64,000 nt of DNA from Candidatus Xenobia bacterium (GTDB lineage: Bacteria; Vulcanimicrobiota; Xenobia; Xenobiales; QWHO01), in NCBI GenBank assembly GCA_045863235.1, contig BTUM01000011.1, positions 32,001-96,000 of the forward strand, in the 5' to 3' direction. Positions 38,616-47,577 of this stretch are shown here, piece by piece. Below the pieces are notes generated by a model that had not been told where the DNA came from, made no database searches, and saw only the letters and a list, made by a program, of their open reading frames with translations. The position numbers were made by a program, and so were the translations under genes. Each line of letters begins with the position of its first letter. Position 1 is the stretch's first letter.

Positions 38616-39317
38616 TCATCGGGCCTCCCCGAACCAGTCCCTCAGAGGGCTGCCGGCGGGCAGCCTTACTTTTAGCTGCCGGAACCATTGTGGGTCGCTC
38701 TGCTCCTCGGCGGCCCTGCGCAGGAGCGAGGCGAAGAATCCTTTCATCTCGGCCTCCAGCTCGGGGGGCATGGGGTGCTCCAGGAACTCGGCCAGAAAGA
38801 CCATCACAGCCTGTACCTCAGCCCAGCGCTCGTTGGTGATGCCCAGGATACCGATCGCTCCCAGCCACCGTCCCACCAGGCCGAAGGGCTTGACCACCTG
38901 GCTGGTTTCGGGGCCCATCACCTGGCACGTCAGGTCGTAGGCCTCTTGATAGGAGAATTTGAGCTGGTCGGCGGCCAGCTCCAGCGCCAGCTGGGCCCTG
39001 CCCAGGCGCATGGCGCAGTCCACCAGCTGGTCGGCCGGGGAAGGGTCCGGCAGCTGCTGGAAGAGCTCCAGGCCTTTCTCGAAATAGGCCATCGGCTCGA
39101 GCAGGCGGGGGAGGGCCGGGGTTGCCATCGAGCCCCCGCAGGGCGCGCCCGGGAGCGTCCAGCTGTTGGGAGCGGTCACCCGGGCCGTGGCCTGATAGTG
39201 GGACCAGAGCCGCGAGCGAGTGGGATCGGCTGCCGGGCCGGCCGCCTCCCAGCGAAGTCCGAGAACCGGGTCGGATTGCCATTGGATGAGGAGCGAGGGG
39301 TCTTCTGGTTGATGCAC
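38616..39317 (-). CDS. Hypothetical protein
   Basis: Host-like codon usage and fills the gap between genes. Start uncertain (39317 or 39128). Confidence 0.5.
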   Translation of the reverse strand: MHQPEDPSLLIQWQSDPVLGLRWEAAGPAADPTRSRLWSHYQATARVTAPNSWTLPGAPCGGSMATPALPRLLEPMAYFEKGLELFQQLPDPSPADQLVDCAMRLGRAQLALELAADQLKFSYQEAYDLTCQVMGPETSQVVKPFGLVGRWLGAIGILGITNERWAEVQAVMVFLAEFLEHPMPPELEAEMKGFFASLLRRAAEEQSDPQWFRQLKVRLPAGSPLRDWFGEAR

Positions 39318-39401
39318 CCGCCAGCGCTTCCCGGGCCCGGGCTTACCTCCTCCCAGCACCAGCCCAGAGGGAAGAATCTTTCAGGCCCGAACGCCACTGC
39401 C

Positions 39402-40334
39402 GTGAAAAAGGGCTTCTACAACCGCCATTCCCAACCTCAGGCCGGGGCCGCCGCCCAGGGGTTTGCCCTGTTCGAGCGGGCCGCCCGCGAGGTGCCGCTC
39501 GACGATCTCGTGGAGGTGGCCGACCTGGCTTGCTTCCACGGGGGCAACTCCATGGAGCCGATGCGCCGGGCCGTTTCCATTCTGCGCGAGCGCTCCCCCC
39601 GGGCCAGCATCGAGGTGACTCATACCGATCTGCCCACCAATGACTTCAACCCGGTTTTCGAGCTGCTCTCCGGCCCCGACAGCTATCTCGGGCCAGGAGT
39701 GCGGGCCTCGGTTCGGGCCGGCTCGTTCTACCAGCCTCTCTTCCGGCCCGGCAGCCAGAGCCTGATCTGGTGCTCGGCGGCCACCCACTGGCTCAGCCGG
39801 GTGCCGGCGCCGGCCCACCCGACTTACGCCGCCCAGTGGTACGAGCAGGCCCGTCAGGACTGGCAGGCCTGGGTCGACAGCCGGGCGGAGGAGCTACGCC
39901 CCGGGGGCCAGCTGGTCATGGTGGGCAGCGGAGCGGACAGCTTCGGTCGTACGGGGGCGGAAGGGCTGGTCAGTATGGTGCGCGATACCATGGCCGAGGT
40001 GCTGGGCCCTCGCCAGAAAGGTCGCCTGGCTCTGCCCACCTACCACCGCACCCTGCGCGAGTGGCTGGCTCCCCTGGGTCCCAGACTGAGCCTGAAGGAG
40101 GTGCTGGAGCCGCCCATGCCGGAGCCGTACTGGGAAGAGTACCAGCAGACCGGCAACCTGGAGGCTTACGTCGACCGGGTGGTCGGGTTCGCCATCGCGG
40201 CCCTCAACCAGCCCCTTCTCAAGCGCCAGGGCGGCAAGGAGTTCGAGCAGCGCCTGCGCCAGCGGGTGCAGGCTCACCCCGACCTGGCCCGTCCTCGCTG
40301 GTGGCTGGTCGTGCTGCGCCTGGAGCGGGTATGA
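39402..40334 (+). CDS. SABATH-family SAM-dependent carboxyl methyltransferase
   Basis: YN.HS..Q, ADLAC..G.NS, DLPTNDFN..F, GSFY..LF, HWLS.VP and QA..DW......RA.EL.PGG. Confidence 0.85.
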   Translation: MKKGFYNRHSQPQAGAAAQGFALFERAAREVPLDDLVEVADLACFHGGNSMEPMRRAVSILRERSPRASIEVTHTDLPTNDFNPVFELLSGPDSYLGPGVRASVRAGSFYQPLFRPGSQSLIWCSAATHWLSRVPAPAHPTYAAQWYEQARQDWQAWVDSRAEELRPGGQLVMVGSGADSFGRTGAEGLVSMVRDTMAEVLGPRQKGRLALPTYHRTLREWLAPLGPRLSLKEVLEPPMPEPYWEEYQQTGNLEAYVDRVVGFAIAALNQPLLKRQGGKEFEQRLRQRVQAHPDLARPRWWLVVLRLERV

Positions 40335-41722
40335 TCCGTCTTTTGCTGGTGCTCTTGCTGCTGGTCCCGGGACTGGCCTCGCCTCTCACCGAGCGCGATC
40401 CCAAGGCCTTTCCCTCCGACCTGAGGCCCCAGCTTGACCGGCTGCGCCAGGCAGCCCTGGAGAGCGACTGGGCGTATCAGCGTCTGGCCCACCTGTGCAA
40501 CAAGATCGGCCCGCGGCTTTCGGGCACGCCCCAGGCCGAGCGGGCGGTGGAGTACGTGGCCGCCGAGATGCGATCGCTGGGGTTGGAGGTCACCCTGGAG
40601 GAGTGCCTGGTGACCCGCTGGGTGCGCGGCGTGGAGCGGGCCGAGCTGGTGGAGTACCCCGACCGCCCGGCCGGGGTCGAGCAGCAGCTGTCCCTGACGG
40701 CCCTGGGGGGCAGCCCGCCCACGCCTGAGCAGGGAATCACGGCGGAGATCGTGGTGGTGCGCGAGCTCGATGAGCTCGACCGGATGCCGGTGCGGGGCCG
40801 CATCGTGCTGGTGGATCATCCTTACGACGATCAGCTGGCGGCTCTGGGCGAGGGGGCGATGGCTTACGGCCAGTGCGCCCGCATCCGTGTGGACGGCCCG
40901 GCTCGGGCCGCCAGGAACGGCGCCGTCGCATGTCTGGTCCGCTCGCTGGGGGGAGTCTCCTACCGCCTGCCCCACACCGGCGTGCTGGACTGGGAGGATG
41001 GTCCTCAGATCCCTGCCGCGGCCGTGAGCGAGGAGGATGCCGAGCTGATCGCATCGCTGGCTCGCGAAGGGCCGGTGTGGGTCCGCCTGAGGTTGGGCTG
41101 CCACGAGCTGGCGCCGGTCAAGAGCCACAACGTGATCGCCGATCTGAAGGGCAGCGAGTTGCCCGAGCAGGTGGTCATCGTCTCGGGCCACCTCGACTCC
41201 TGGGATCTGGGCACCGGAGCACTCGATGACGGGGTCGGCGTGGTGATGGCCATGCAGACGGCCCACCTGATCAAGAAGCTGGGCCTTCAGCCCCGCCGCA
41301 CCCTGCGGGTGATCGCCTGGATGAACGAGGAGAACGGCACGGCCGGCTCCAAGGCATATTTCGCCAACCACGAGAAGGACCTGGCCAACCACTATGCGGC
41401 CATCGAGAGCGATCTGGGCTGTGGACATCCCTACGGGTTCGGCTATCAGGGCGACCCGAAGCTGGCCGCGGTGCTGGCGCCGGTCGCCGAGGCCCTGCGT
41501 CCCATGGGAGCGGGGGCCATGCGCCAGCTCCCGGGCACGGGGGCCGACATCTCCCCTCTGACCCGACGGGGCGTGCCCGGCTTTCACCCCCTGCTCGATA
41601 GCCGCACCTACTTCGACTACCACCACACCGCCGCCGACACGCTGGATAAGGTCAATCCGCGCTTTCTGCAAGAGAACTGCGCCGTGATGGCGGTGCTGGC
41701 CTACGCTTTGACCAGGCTCTAA
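40331..41722 (+). CDS. Secreted M28 metallopeptidase (carboxypeptidase Q-like)
   Basis: Signal peptide, GPRLSG, SGHLDSWD, GALDDG, NEENG and YHHTAADT. Confidence 0.9.
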   Translation: MIRLLLVLLLLVPGLASPLTERDPKAFPSDLRPQLDRLRQAALESDWAYQRLAHLCNKIGPRLSGTPQAERAVEYVAAEMRSLGLEVTLEECLVTRWVRGVERAELVEYPDRPAGVEQQLSLTALGGSPPTPEQGITAEIVVVRELDELDRMPVRGRIVLVDHPYDDQLAALGEGAMAYGQCARIRVDGPARAARNGAVACLVRSLGGVSYRLPHTGVLDWEDGPQIPAAAVSEEDAELIASLAREGPVWVRLRLGCHELAPVKSHNVIADLKGSELPEQVVIVSGHLDSWDLGTGALDDGVGVVMAMQTAHLIKKLGLQPRRTLRVIAWMNEENGTAGSKAYFANHEKDLANHYAAIESDLGCGHPYGFGYQGDPKLAAVLAPVAEALRPMGAGAMRQLPGTGADISPLTRRGVPGFHPLLDSRTYFDYHHTAADTLDKVNPRFLQENCAVMAVLAYALTRL

Positions 41723-41804
41723 AGTACAAGGCCTCTGGTCAACGGACGGGTGGCTTGAGCCCGGCTGGAGGAGATTCCCCCCGCGGCTGGGAACCGCCCC
41801 CAGC

Positions 41805-42782
41805 ATGAAACGCCTCGCACTCCTTCTTTTCGTCCTTCTTCTGGGCCTGGCCCGGGCCCAGAGCAACAGCCCCGCCGCTGTGGTGGGCTCGGTCTCCGGT
41901 CCGGTCCGCACTTTGACCCTTCCGGCCGGGGGCGGCAAGCTTTCGGCCGCCACCCCGGGCAAGCTCAAGACCTTGCAGCAGGTCAATGCGGGCGTGTTCG
42001 TGCAGCTGGCTCAGGGAGGGAGCGTGACGCTGGCCTACACCTCCGACGGCCACCTCGAGCGCCTGACCGGGCCGTGCGTCGTGCGGGTCGGGGCCGACGG
42101 GGGCCACCTGCTCAAAGGCGCCCAGAGCGCCTTGAAGGTGGAGAAGTCCCAGCTCGGCGCCGCTCTGCGTCCCGCCAGCCCGGCCCGGGTCAAGGTCGGT
42201 TCCGGCACCACGCTCTCGGTGACCAGCCAGGAAGGGATGCCCACCTTCAGCTTCACCACCAATCAAGCCGGTCCGTACCTGGTGACCGTGTTCCAGGGCA
42301 GCAACTCGCTGTGGAGCTCGGAGACGTCCAGTACCTCGGTACTCTACGACGGCCCCGTGCTCAGCCTGGACACCCCCTACGTGTGGCAACTGCAGGTGGG
42401 TAGCTCGGTGCTGGGAGCGATGCGCTTTGAGGTTCCTTCACACGGCGCCGCTCAGTCGCTGGGCCAGGCCCGGGCCGAAGTGCAGGCCGCGCCCGACGAT
42501 GCGGCCCGCCAGGCTCTCTGGGCGGCTGCCCAGGACCAGCGGGGCAACCTGCCCCAGGCCGTGGACGCGGCCCAGACCGCACTCAAGAGCCAGCCGCAGG
42601 ATGCGGCTTTGATGAATCGTCTTTCGGGCATGTTCCAGGAGATGGGTCAGGAGGCCGAAGCCCAGCGCTTCGAGGGCCAGGCCCGGATGTACGAGGACGT
42701 GGAGGGCCCCAGCGTGGACCCGGACGGGGACCTGATCTTCGGCGACTACATCAACGACCTGCCTGGAATTTACGCCCCCTGA
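41805..42782 (+). CDS. Secreted hypothetical protein with C-terminal TPR-like helices
   Basis: Signal peptide, beta-rich N-part and a TPR-like region. Confidence 0.6.
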   Translation: MKRLALLLFVLLLGLARAQSNSPAAVVGSVSGPVRTLTLPAGGGKLSAATPGKLKTLQQVNAGVFVQLAQGGSVTLAYTSDGHLERLTGPCVVRVGADGGHLLKGAQSALKVEKSQLGAALRPASPARVKVGSGTTLSVTSQEGMPTFSFTTNQAGPYLVTVFQGSNSLWSSETSSTSVLYDGPVLSLDTPYVWQLQVGSSVLGAMRFEVPSHGAAQSLGQARAEVQAAPDDAARQALWAAAQDQRGNLPQAVDAAQTALKSQPQDAALMNRLSGMFQEMGQEAEAQRFEGQARMYEDVEGPSVDPDGDLIFGDYINDLPGIYAP

Positions 42783-42794
42783 TGTGAGCTGCAG

Positions 42795-43697
42795 TCAGGG
42801 CTCTCCTGCCTTGAGGGGCAGGATGGTCACGCTCAGGTCCATCCCCTGGTAAAGGTTGACGTGCACCTCGGCGCTGGGGAAGATCCAGACCGTGCGCTTG
42901 CGACTGACCAGCTCGTTCTCCAGGTCGTCATTTCCATCCGGCGGTCCGTACAGCGTGACGAAGAAGGCCTCGAGCTCGGAGAACTCCTCAGGCGAGCCGG
43001 AAGGGTACTGCTGAGGCCTTATGTAGAGCCCGTTCAGCTTGCCCGTTTCGGCGTTGAAGGGGAACAGCAGCGTGTAGGGCCGTTTGCCCAGGTAGTACTG
43101 CGGGATGCAGAACGGCACGTAGTTGCGCGGGTTGGCGTACTGGCCGCTGAAGGGCTTGAGCCGTTTGCCCAGCTTCTTCTGCACCTCTTGCTCGGTCATT
43201 CCCAGCTTGACGCCCTCCAGCCCGGTCACGTCGGTGGGCCGTTTGCCGGTGCCCGTCAGTGGCTTGGAGTCACCCATGGCGTCGGCCGCCTCGAGATACT
43301 CGCGGGCTCTGTTGGAGCTGGCCCCGCCCACCAGCTCGACCACTTTCTGGGCGTGAGGATAGGCTTTGGACTTCTTGCCGGGCATGGGGTCGAGGGTGGA
43401 GTAGCACAAGAACAGCTGCAGGTGTACCTCCGGGTCGTCCGGGGCGGCGGCCAGGGCTTTTTCGAGCGGCACCAGCGCTTGCTCGTGCTTGCCTCGAAGC
43501 GACAGATCGGTGCCTTCGCGCACCAGGGCGCTCACATCCACGGTGGGGGTGGGCGTCTCACTGGGAGTGGCCGAGACGGTGGCCGAGGTGACCGGGGCGG
43601 GAGTGGCCGTGGGGGTCACCGGCGGTGGGGGAGCCGGGGGAGAGGAGCAGCCCGAAACGAGCACCAGGAGACAGATCAGTCGAACCACAACCCCCAT
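42795..43697 (-). CDS. Lipoprotein with Pro/Thr linker and TPR
   Basis: Lipobox VSG-C, PT-rich linker and A...LEKAL...PDD.EVH. Confidence 0.65.
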   Translation of the reverse strand: MGVVVRLICLLVLVSGCSSPPAPPPPVTPTATPAPVTSATVSATPSETPTPTVDVSALVREGTDLSLRGKHEQALVPLEKALAAAPDDPEVHLQLFLCYSTLDPMPGKKSKAYPHAQKVVELVGGASSNRAREYLEAADAMGDSKPLTGTGKRPTDVTGLEGVKLGMTEQEVQKKLGKRLKPFSGQYANPRNYVPFCIPQYYLGKRPYTLLFPFNAETGKLNGLYIRPQQYPSGSPEEFSELEAFFVTLYGPPDGNDDLENELVSRKRTVWIFPSAEVHVNLYQGMDLSVTILPLKAGEP

Positions 43698-43710
43698 GGC
43701 GGGGCCTTCG

Positions 43711-44190
43711 TCATCGAAGCTTCTGGCGCCTCTTGAGCTGGACAGGTCCGACCTGGACGCTGGTCTCGGTCACTTCCAGACTGCCCCGACCGGGGGAGAC
43801 CATGCGGTTGGCCAGCTCTCGGTCACGCCGGGCCTGATCAGCAAGCTCCTCGCGACGAAGCTGCATGCACCCCTGCAGCCAGCGCTTTTCACGCTCGCGA
43901 TTTTGCATGCGCATGGCTCCGTAGGCGAAACCGAAACAGGCCACCGAAGCCGCCAGCGGCAGGCCGATGGGTCCGAGCAGGCTCGCCACCGGCTTGAAGC
44001 CGAGCGCCAGCGAGCCGAAGGTCACCACGGAGGAGGCAGCCGCTGTCCAGGTCAGGGCTTCCTCCACGTGGACGCCCCATCCGGTCAGGGAATCGTAGCG
44101 GTCCTGAAAGCGCTCGAGCAACGGGTCGGTGTGATTCTCGTGGGGCTCAACCGTGCGGATGGCCGGCATGGCCAGGGCGCTGATCTGCAT
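43711..44190 (-). CDS. Orphan two-TM protein with shared C-terminal motif
   Basis: Two hydrophobic segments. Ends LEVTETSVQVGPVQLKRRQKLR. Confidence 0.6.
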   Translation of the reverse strand: MQISALAMPAIRTVEPHENHTDPLLERFQDRYDSLTGWGVHVEEALTWTAAASSVVTFGSLALGFKPVASLLGPIGLPLAASVACFGFAYGAMRMQNREREKRWLQGCMQLRREELADQARRDRELANRMVSPGRGSLEVTETSVQVGPVQLKRRQKLR

Positions 44191-44264
44191 GCCCTCAGCA
44201 TGACCGATCCATCTGAAAAAGCTCTGATGAGCTTTCTTTCAGACCCCTGGTCTAAGCTGTGCTC

Positions 44265-45764
44265 GTGCAACTCCAGCAAGCTTCCGCCAGCTTTCGACCC
44301 GTGCCCACCCCACCGCCGGCCGGGCCCGAGAAGCGCATGAAGGACATCCACCTGGTGTCCCTGATCGACGCCTCCGAGGAGGTGATCGAGCCGCTGGCCG
44401 TGGCCTGCGTCGAAAACCTGGAAAGCGCCCGCAGCAACTCGCCCAGCCAGCTGACCGGGGCCGTTTTCGTGCAGCGCAGCGGCACCAGCCCCGGGGCCAA
44501 GAAAATGAAGGCCACGCTGGCCTCCGTTGTTCCTCGGGCGGTGGGATTCGGGCTGGGAGTGGCGGCCGGTAGCTACCTGGTGGGCGGCCTCGTGGGCGCC
44601 GGAATCGGCGGCGCGGTCGGGCTGGCGGTGGGCTCCACCGTGGCCAACCGGCTCTTCGGCCGCACGCAGCTTCTGGCCCACATCCCCGACAACGGCTCCG
44701 AGCCGTTCTGGAAGGGCAGTCGTACTTACGAGCTGGGAGAGAACCGCAGCGATGCCATCGATTCCAAAATCGTAGCCGAAGACCCGGGAGCCCGCCAGCT
44801 CGACCCCAAAGCCATGGGAACTTTCCTGGGCACGGAGATGGCCGCCCATCCGGACAAGATGGCCGTGGCCCACGTGTTCGGACACGGGCTGGCCTACCGC
44901 CAGGCGGCCGGCCTCCAGTTCACCGCTTATCGCGAGATGCTCTCCCAGGCCACCACCCTGGCCGGTCGCCCCGTCGACCTGCTGTTGGTGGAGTCGTGCC
45001 TGTGCGGCAACCTCGAGAGCCTGCTGGCCACGGCCCCCTTCGCCCGCTATGCGGTGGTTTCCGAGGAAGTGGTCTCGGCTGGCGCCATCTCGCACGCCTT
45101 CAGTAAGGCGGTGGGAGCCGCTGCCGGTCACGAGGTGACCCCGGGTCAGCTGGGCCAGGCGGTGGTGCGCAGCAACCCCGAGACCGGGGTTCGAGACCTC
45201 TTCTCGTTCTTCTTCGGTCTGCCGCCCAGCAAAGACGAAATCTCGCTGGACGACACCCCCGAGCAGATGGTCAAGAAGACCACAGCCGAAACTCTGGCCC
45301 TGGTCGACCTGGGCCAGGTGGAAGCGCTCGGCCAGGCGGTCGACCGGCTGGGCGGCGTGCTCAGTCAGGAAGTTCGCGACGGCCTCGCCCCGGCCATTCA
45401 GGCGGCTTCCGAGGAAGCCATACACACCGGGGGCGACCCCATGCTGGTAGTCGCCAAGCGCTCGCTGGCGGTAGGCGACCTGAACGTCTTCGTGAACTGT
45501 CTGGCTGAAATCTACGCTTCCGGTGTGCCTTCGCAGCGGCCCCGCGAGGTCTTGACCGCCCTGGGCGAGGTCAGCCGACAGCTCCAGAAGACCGTGGTGG
45601 AGGCCTCCATCAGTCCCCAGTTCGCCGATTCAGCCGGCCTCACGATACAGCTTCCCAGCCGCGACCTCACGGTGATCGACGGTCAGCACAGCGAGAGGCT
45701 CTCGGGTAGCGCCGCTCCTCCTAACTGGAAGGAGTTCGTACGGCTGGCCAGCTCGGCGATGTAA
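44265..45764 (+). CDS. Clostripain-like (C11) cysteine peptidase
   Basis: His-Gly in VFGHG and Cys in DLLLVESCLCGNLE, followed by VVSEE. Internal glycine-zipper segment. Start 44265 or 44259. Confidence 0.7.
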   Translation: MQLQQASASFRPVPTPPPAGPEKRMKDIHLVSLIDASEEVIEPLAVACVENLESARSNSPSQLTGAVFVQRSGTSPGAKKMKATLASVVPRAVGFGLGVAAGSYLVGGLVGAGIGGAVGLAVGSTVANRLFGRTQLLAHIPDNGSEPFWKGSRTYELGENRSDAIDSKIVAEDPGARQLDPKAMGTFLGTEMAAHPDKMAVAHVFGHGLAYRQAAGLQFTAYREMLSQATTLAGRPVDLLLVESCLCGNLESLLATAPFARYAVVSEEVVSAGAISHAFSKAVGAAAGHEVTPGQLGQAVVRSNPETGVRDLFSFFFGLPPSKDEISLDDTPEQMVKKTTAETLALVDLGQVEALGQAVDRLGGVLSQEVRDGLAPAIQAASEEAIHTGGDPMLVVAKRSLAVGDLNVFVNCLAEIYASGVPSQRPREVLTALGEVSRQLQKTVVEASISPQFADSAGLTIQLPSRDLTVIDGQHSERLSGSAAPPNWKEFVRLASSAM

Positions 45765-45769
45765 GGCCC

Positions 45770-46657
45770 TTGCTCGCGCGTCTTCTGATTCTGCTCGCCT
45801 GTCTGGCCATCGCCTGCGGTCCGGACCGGCAACCAGCTCCGACCCCTTCGTCCTGGGTTGACGAAGCTCGCCAACTCGAGGAACCCGCAAGAGCGCTGAT
45901 GACTTCTGAGCCCAGGCTCACGATCACTTCGGGCGACACGGTCAAGACCTTGACTCGCTCGCAGCTCCTGGCCCATCCCGCCATCCAGACGCTCTCGATT
46001 CTGGACGAGTCGGGCTATGAGGACCAGCAGATGACTTATCGAGCCATCCCCATGGCCGCCCTGATGGAAGGTCTGCAGGTACCCGGCGGGAGCGAGCTGG
46101 GCTATCAGACGCAGGACGGCTTTTCCTCGGGAGTGCAGGCCGCACTCGTGATGAACCAGGACCCGGGCCGCTCCATCGCTTACCTGGCGGTGGAGCCGCC
46201 CGACCAACCCTGGCCGCGTTTCGAAGGGCGCAACTATGGAGCCGGGCCCTTCTACATGGTCTGGGTAAACCCGCAACTGTCCGAGATCGGTCGCGAAGAG
46301 TGGCCGTTTCAGGTCACTTCGTTCACCGTTCGCCCCTCCACCGAGTCTCTTTACCCCGATCTCGTGCCTGACAGGAAGAACCAGGCTCTCTACCGCGGCT
46401 ACAAGTCCTTCGTGCAGAACTGCTTTCCCTGCCACACGCTCGACGGGCACGGGACCGGCAAGCTCGGACCTGACCTGAACGTGCCCATGAATCCGACTGA
46501 CTACTTTCAGCCGGAGGTGCTCAAGAAGCTCATCCGAGACCCCCACTCGGTGCGCACCTGGGCCGACATGAAGATGGCCGGCTTCGACGAGAAGGAGCTC
46601 CCGGACGCTGAGCTCGAGGAATTGATCGGTTACCTCCGCTCGCGCAAGAAACGCTGA
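45770..46657 (+). CDS. Lipoprotein with C-terminal c-type cytochrome
   Basis: Lipobox AIA-C, CFPCH haem motif, GPDLN and distal Met. Confidence 0.85.
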   Translation: MLARLLILLACLAIACGPDRQPAPTPSSWVDEARQLEEPARALMTSEPRLTITSGDTVKTLTRSQLLAHPAIQTLSILDESGYEDQQMTYRAIPMAALMEGLQVPGGSELGYQTQDGFSSGVQAALVMNQDPGRSIAYLAVEPPDQPWPRFEGRNYGAGPFYMVWVNPQLSEIGREEWPFQVTSFTVRPSTESLYPDLVPDRKNQALYRGYKSFVQNCFPCHTLDGHGTGKLGPDLNVPMNPTDYFQPEVLKKLIRDPHSVRTWADMKMAGFDEKELPDAELEELIGYLRSRKKR

Positions 46658-46683
46658 GCCGACAGGTCACACAGGTTGTGAGG

Positions 46684-47037
46684 CTACTGTCGCGGGCGCC
46701 CATCCGGACCATACTTGCTGTTGGCGTACTTGACGATCCAGTAGTCGTTGGTCTCCTTGTCGTGACCGGTCAGCTCCATCTCGTAGCTCCAGTCGTAGAA
46801 CTGCTGGATGCGGAGCACCACGTTACGCTTCTCGGCAGGGATGCGCAGCGTGGCGTACTTGCCCTCAATGTCGATCTCGATTCGTTTGTAGACCTGGTCC
46901 TTGGTCTTATTCTTGGCAGTCTTGGCCAGATAGAGCCCGTCCAGCGAGTTGTCGGTGTTCTCCAGCACGCGCCCGGCCAACGCCGGCAGCGCGACCAGAA
47001 GCATCAGGAGGAGGGCAATACCCTTATAGTTCTTCAT
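46684..47037 (-). CDS. Small secreted hypothetical protein
   Basis: Signal peptide MKNYKGIALLLMLLVALPALA with GAGG RBS. Confidence 0.6.
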   Translation of the reverse strand: MKNYKGIALLLMLLVALPALAGRVLENTDNSLDGLYLAKTAKNKTKDQVYKRIEIDIEGKYATLRIPAEKRNVVLRIQQFYDWSYEMELTGHDKETNDYWIVKYANSKYGPDGRPRQ

Positions 47038-47199
47038 CGGCGGACACACCTCTGTGAATTTTATTCTAGAATAGATTCTCTGCCTCCTGGACGGTTCCTG
47101 GCCGGGATCCCGGCACAATCTGTTGGGCGTTGCGCGGCTGGAGTTTCCGGCCAGGCTCCTCAAAGCAGGTTTCCCGATCTTGGCGTAGTAGCCCCTGGT

Positions 47200-47577
47200 A
47201 TGTCAAGACTTCTGGTGCTGCTTTTGTTGCTGGTGACGGTAGGATGCTCGCGTCCGGCCGCCGGGGGAGGCGATCAGGCGGCTGAGGTACAGTTTACCGT
47301 CCAGGTGACGCCCGGTCCCGCCCGGGTGGGTGACAACCTGCTCCAGGTGGAGGTGTTCGGTGGCGAGCCGGCCCGGCTCGAGGTGGAAGCCAACATGTCC
47401 CACGCCGGGATGACTCCCGTCCTGGCCCCCCTGACCCGGGCCGAGGGCGCACGCTGGCAGGCCCCCCTCAAGCTCACCATGGCCGGCGACTGGTTCTTGA
47501 TCCTTCGGGGTGAGATGAAGGACGGGCGCAAGATCGAGCGCCAGATCCCCCTGCCGGGGGTGGTGGCCTCCCCCTGA
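47200..47577 (+). CDS. YtkA/FixH-like lipoprotein
   Basis: Lipobox TVG-C, EANMSHAGM.PV and TMAGDW. Confidence 0.8.
   Translation: MSRLLVLLLLLVTVGCSRPAAGGGDQAAEVQFTVQVTPGPARVGDNLLQVEVFGGEPARLEVEANMSHAGMTPVLAPLTRAEGARWQAPLKLTMAGDWFLILRGEMKDGRKIERQIPLPGVVASP

Noticed and set aside
43540..43640. Low-complexity GGGGT/GGCC repeats
   Set aside because: They encode the Pro/Thr linker of a lipoprotein and are not a DNA repeat element.
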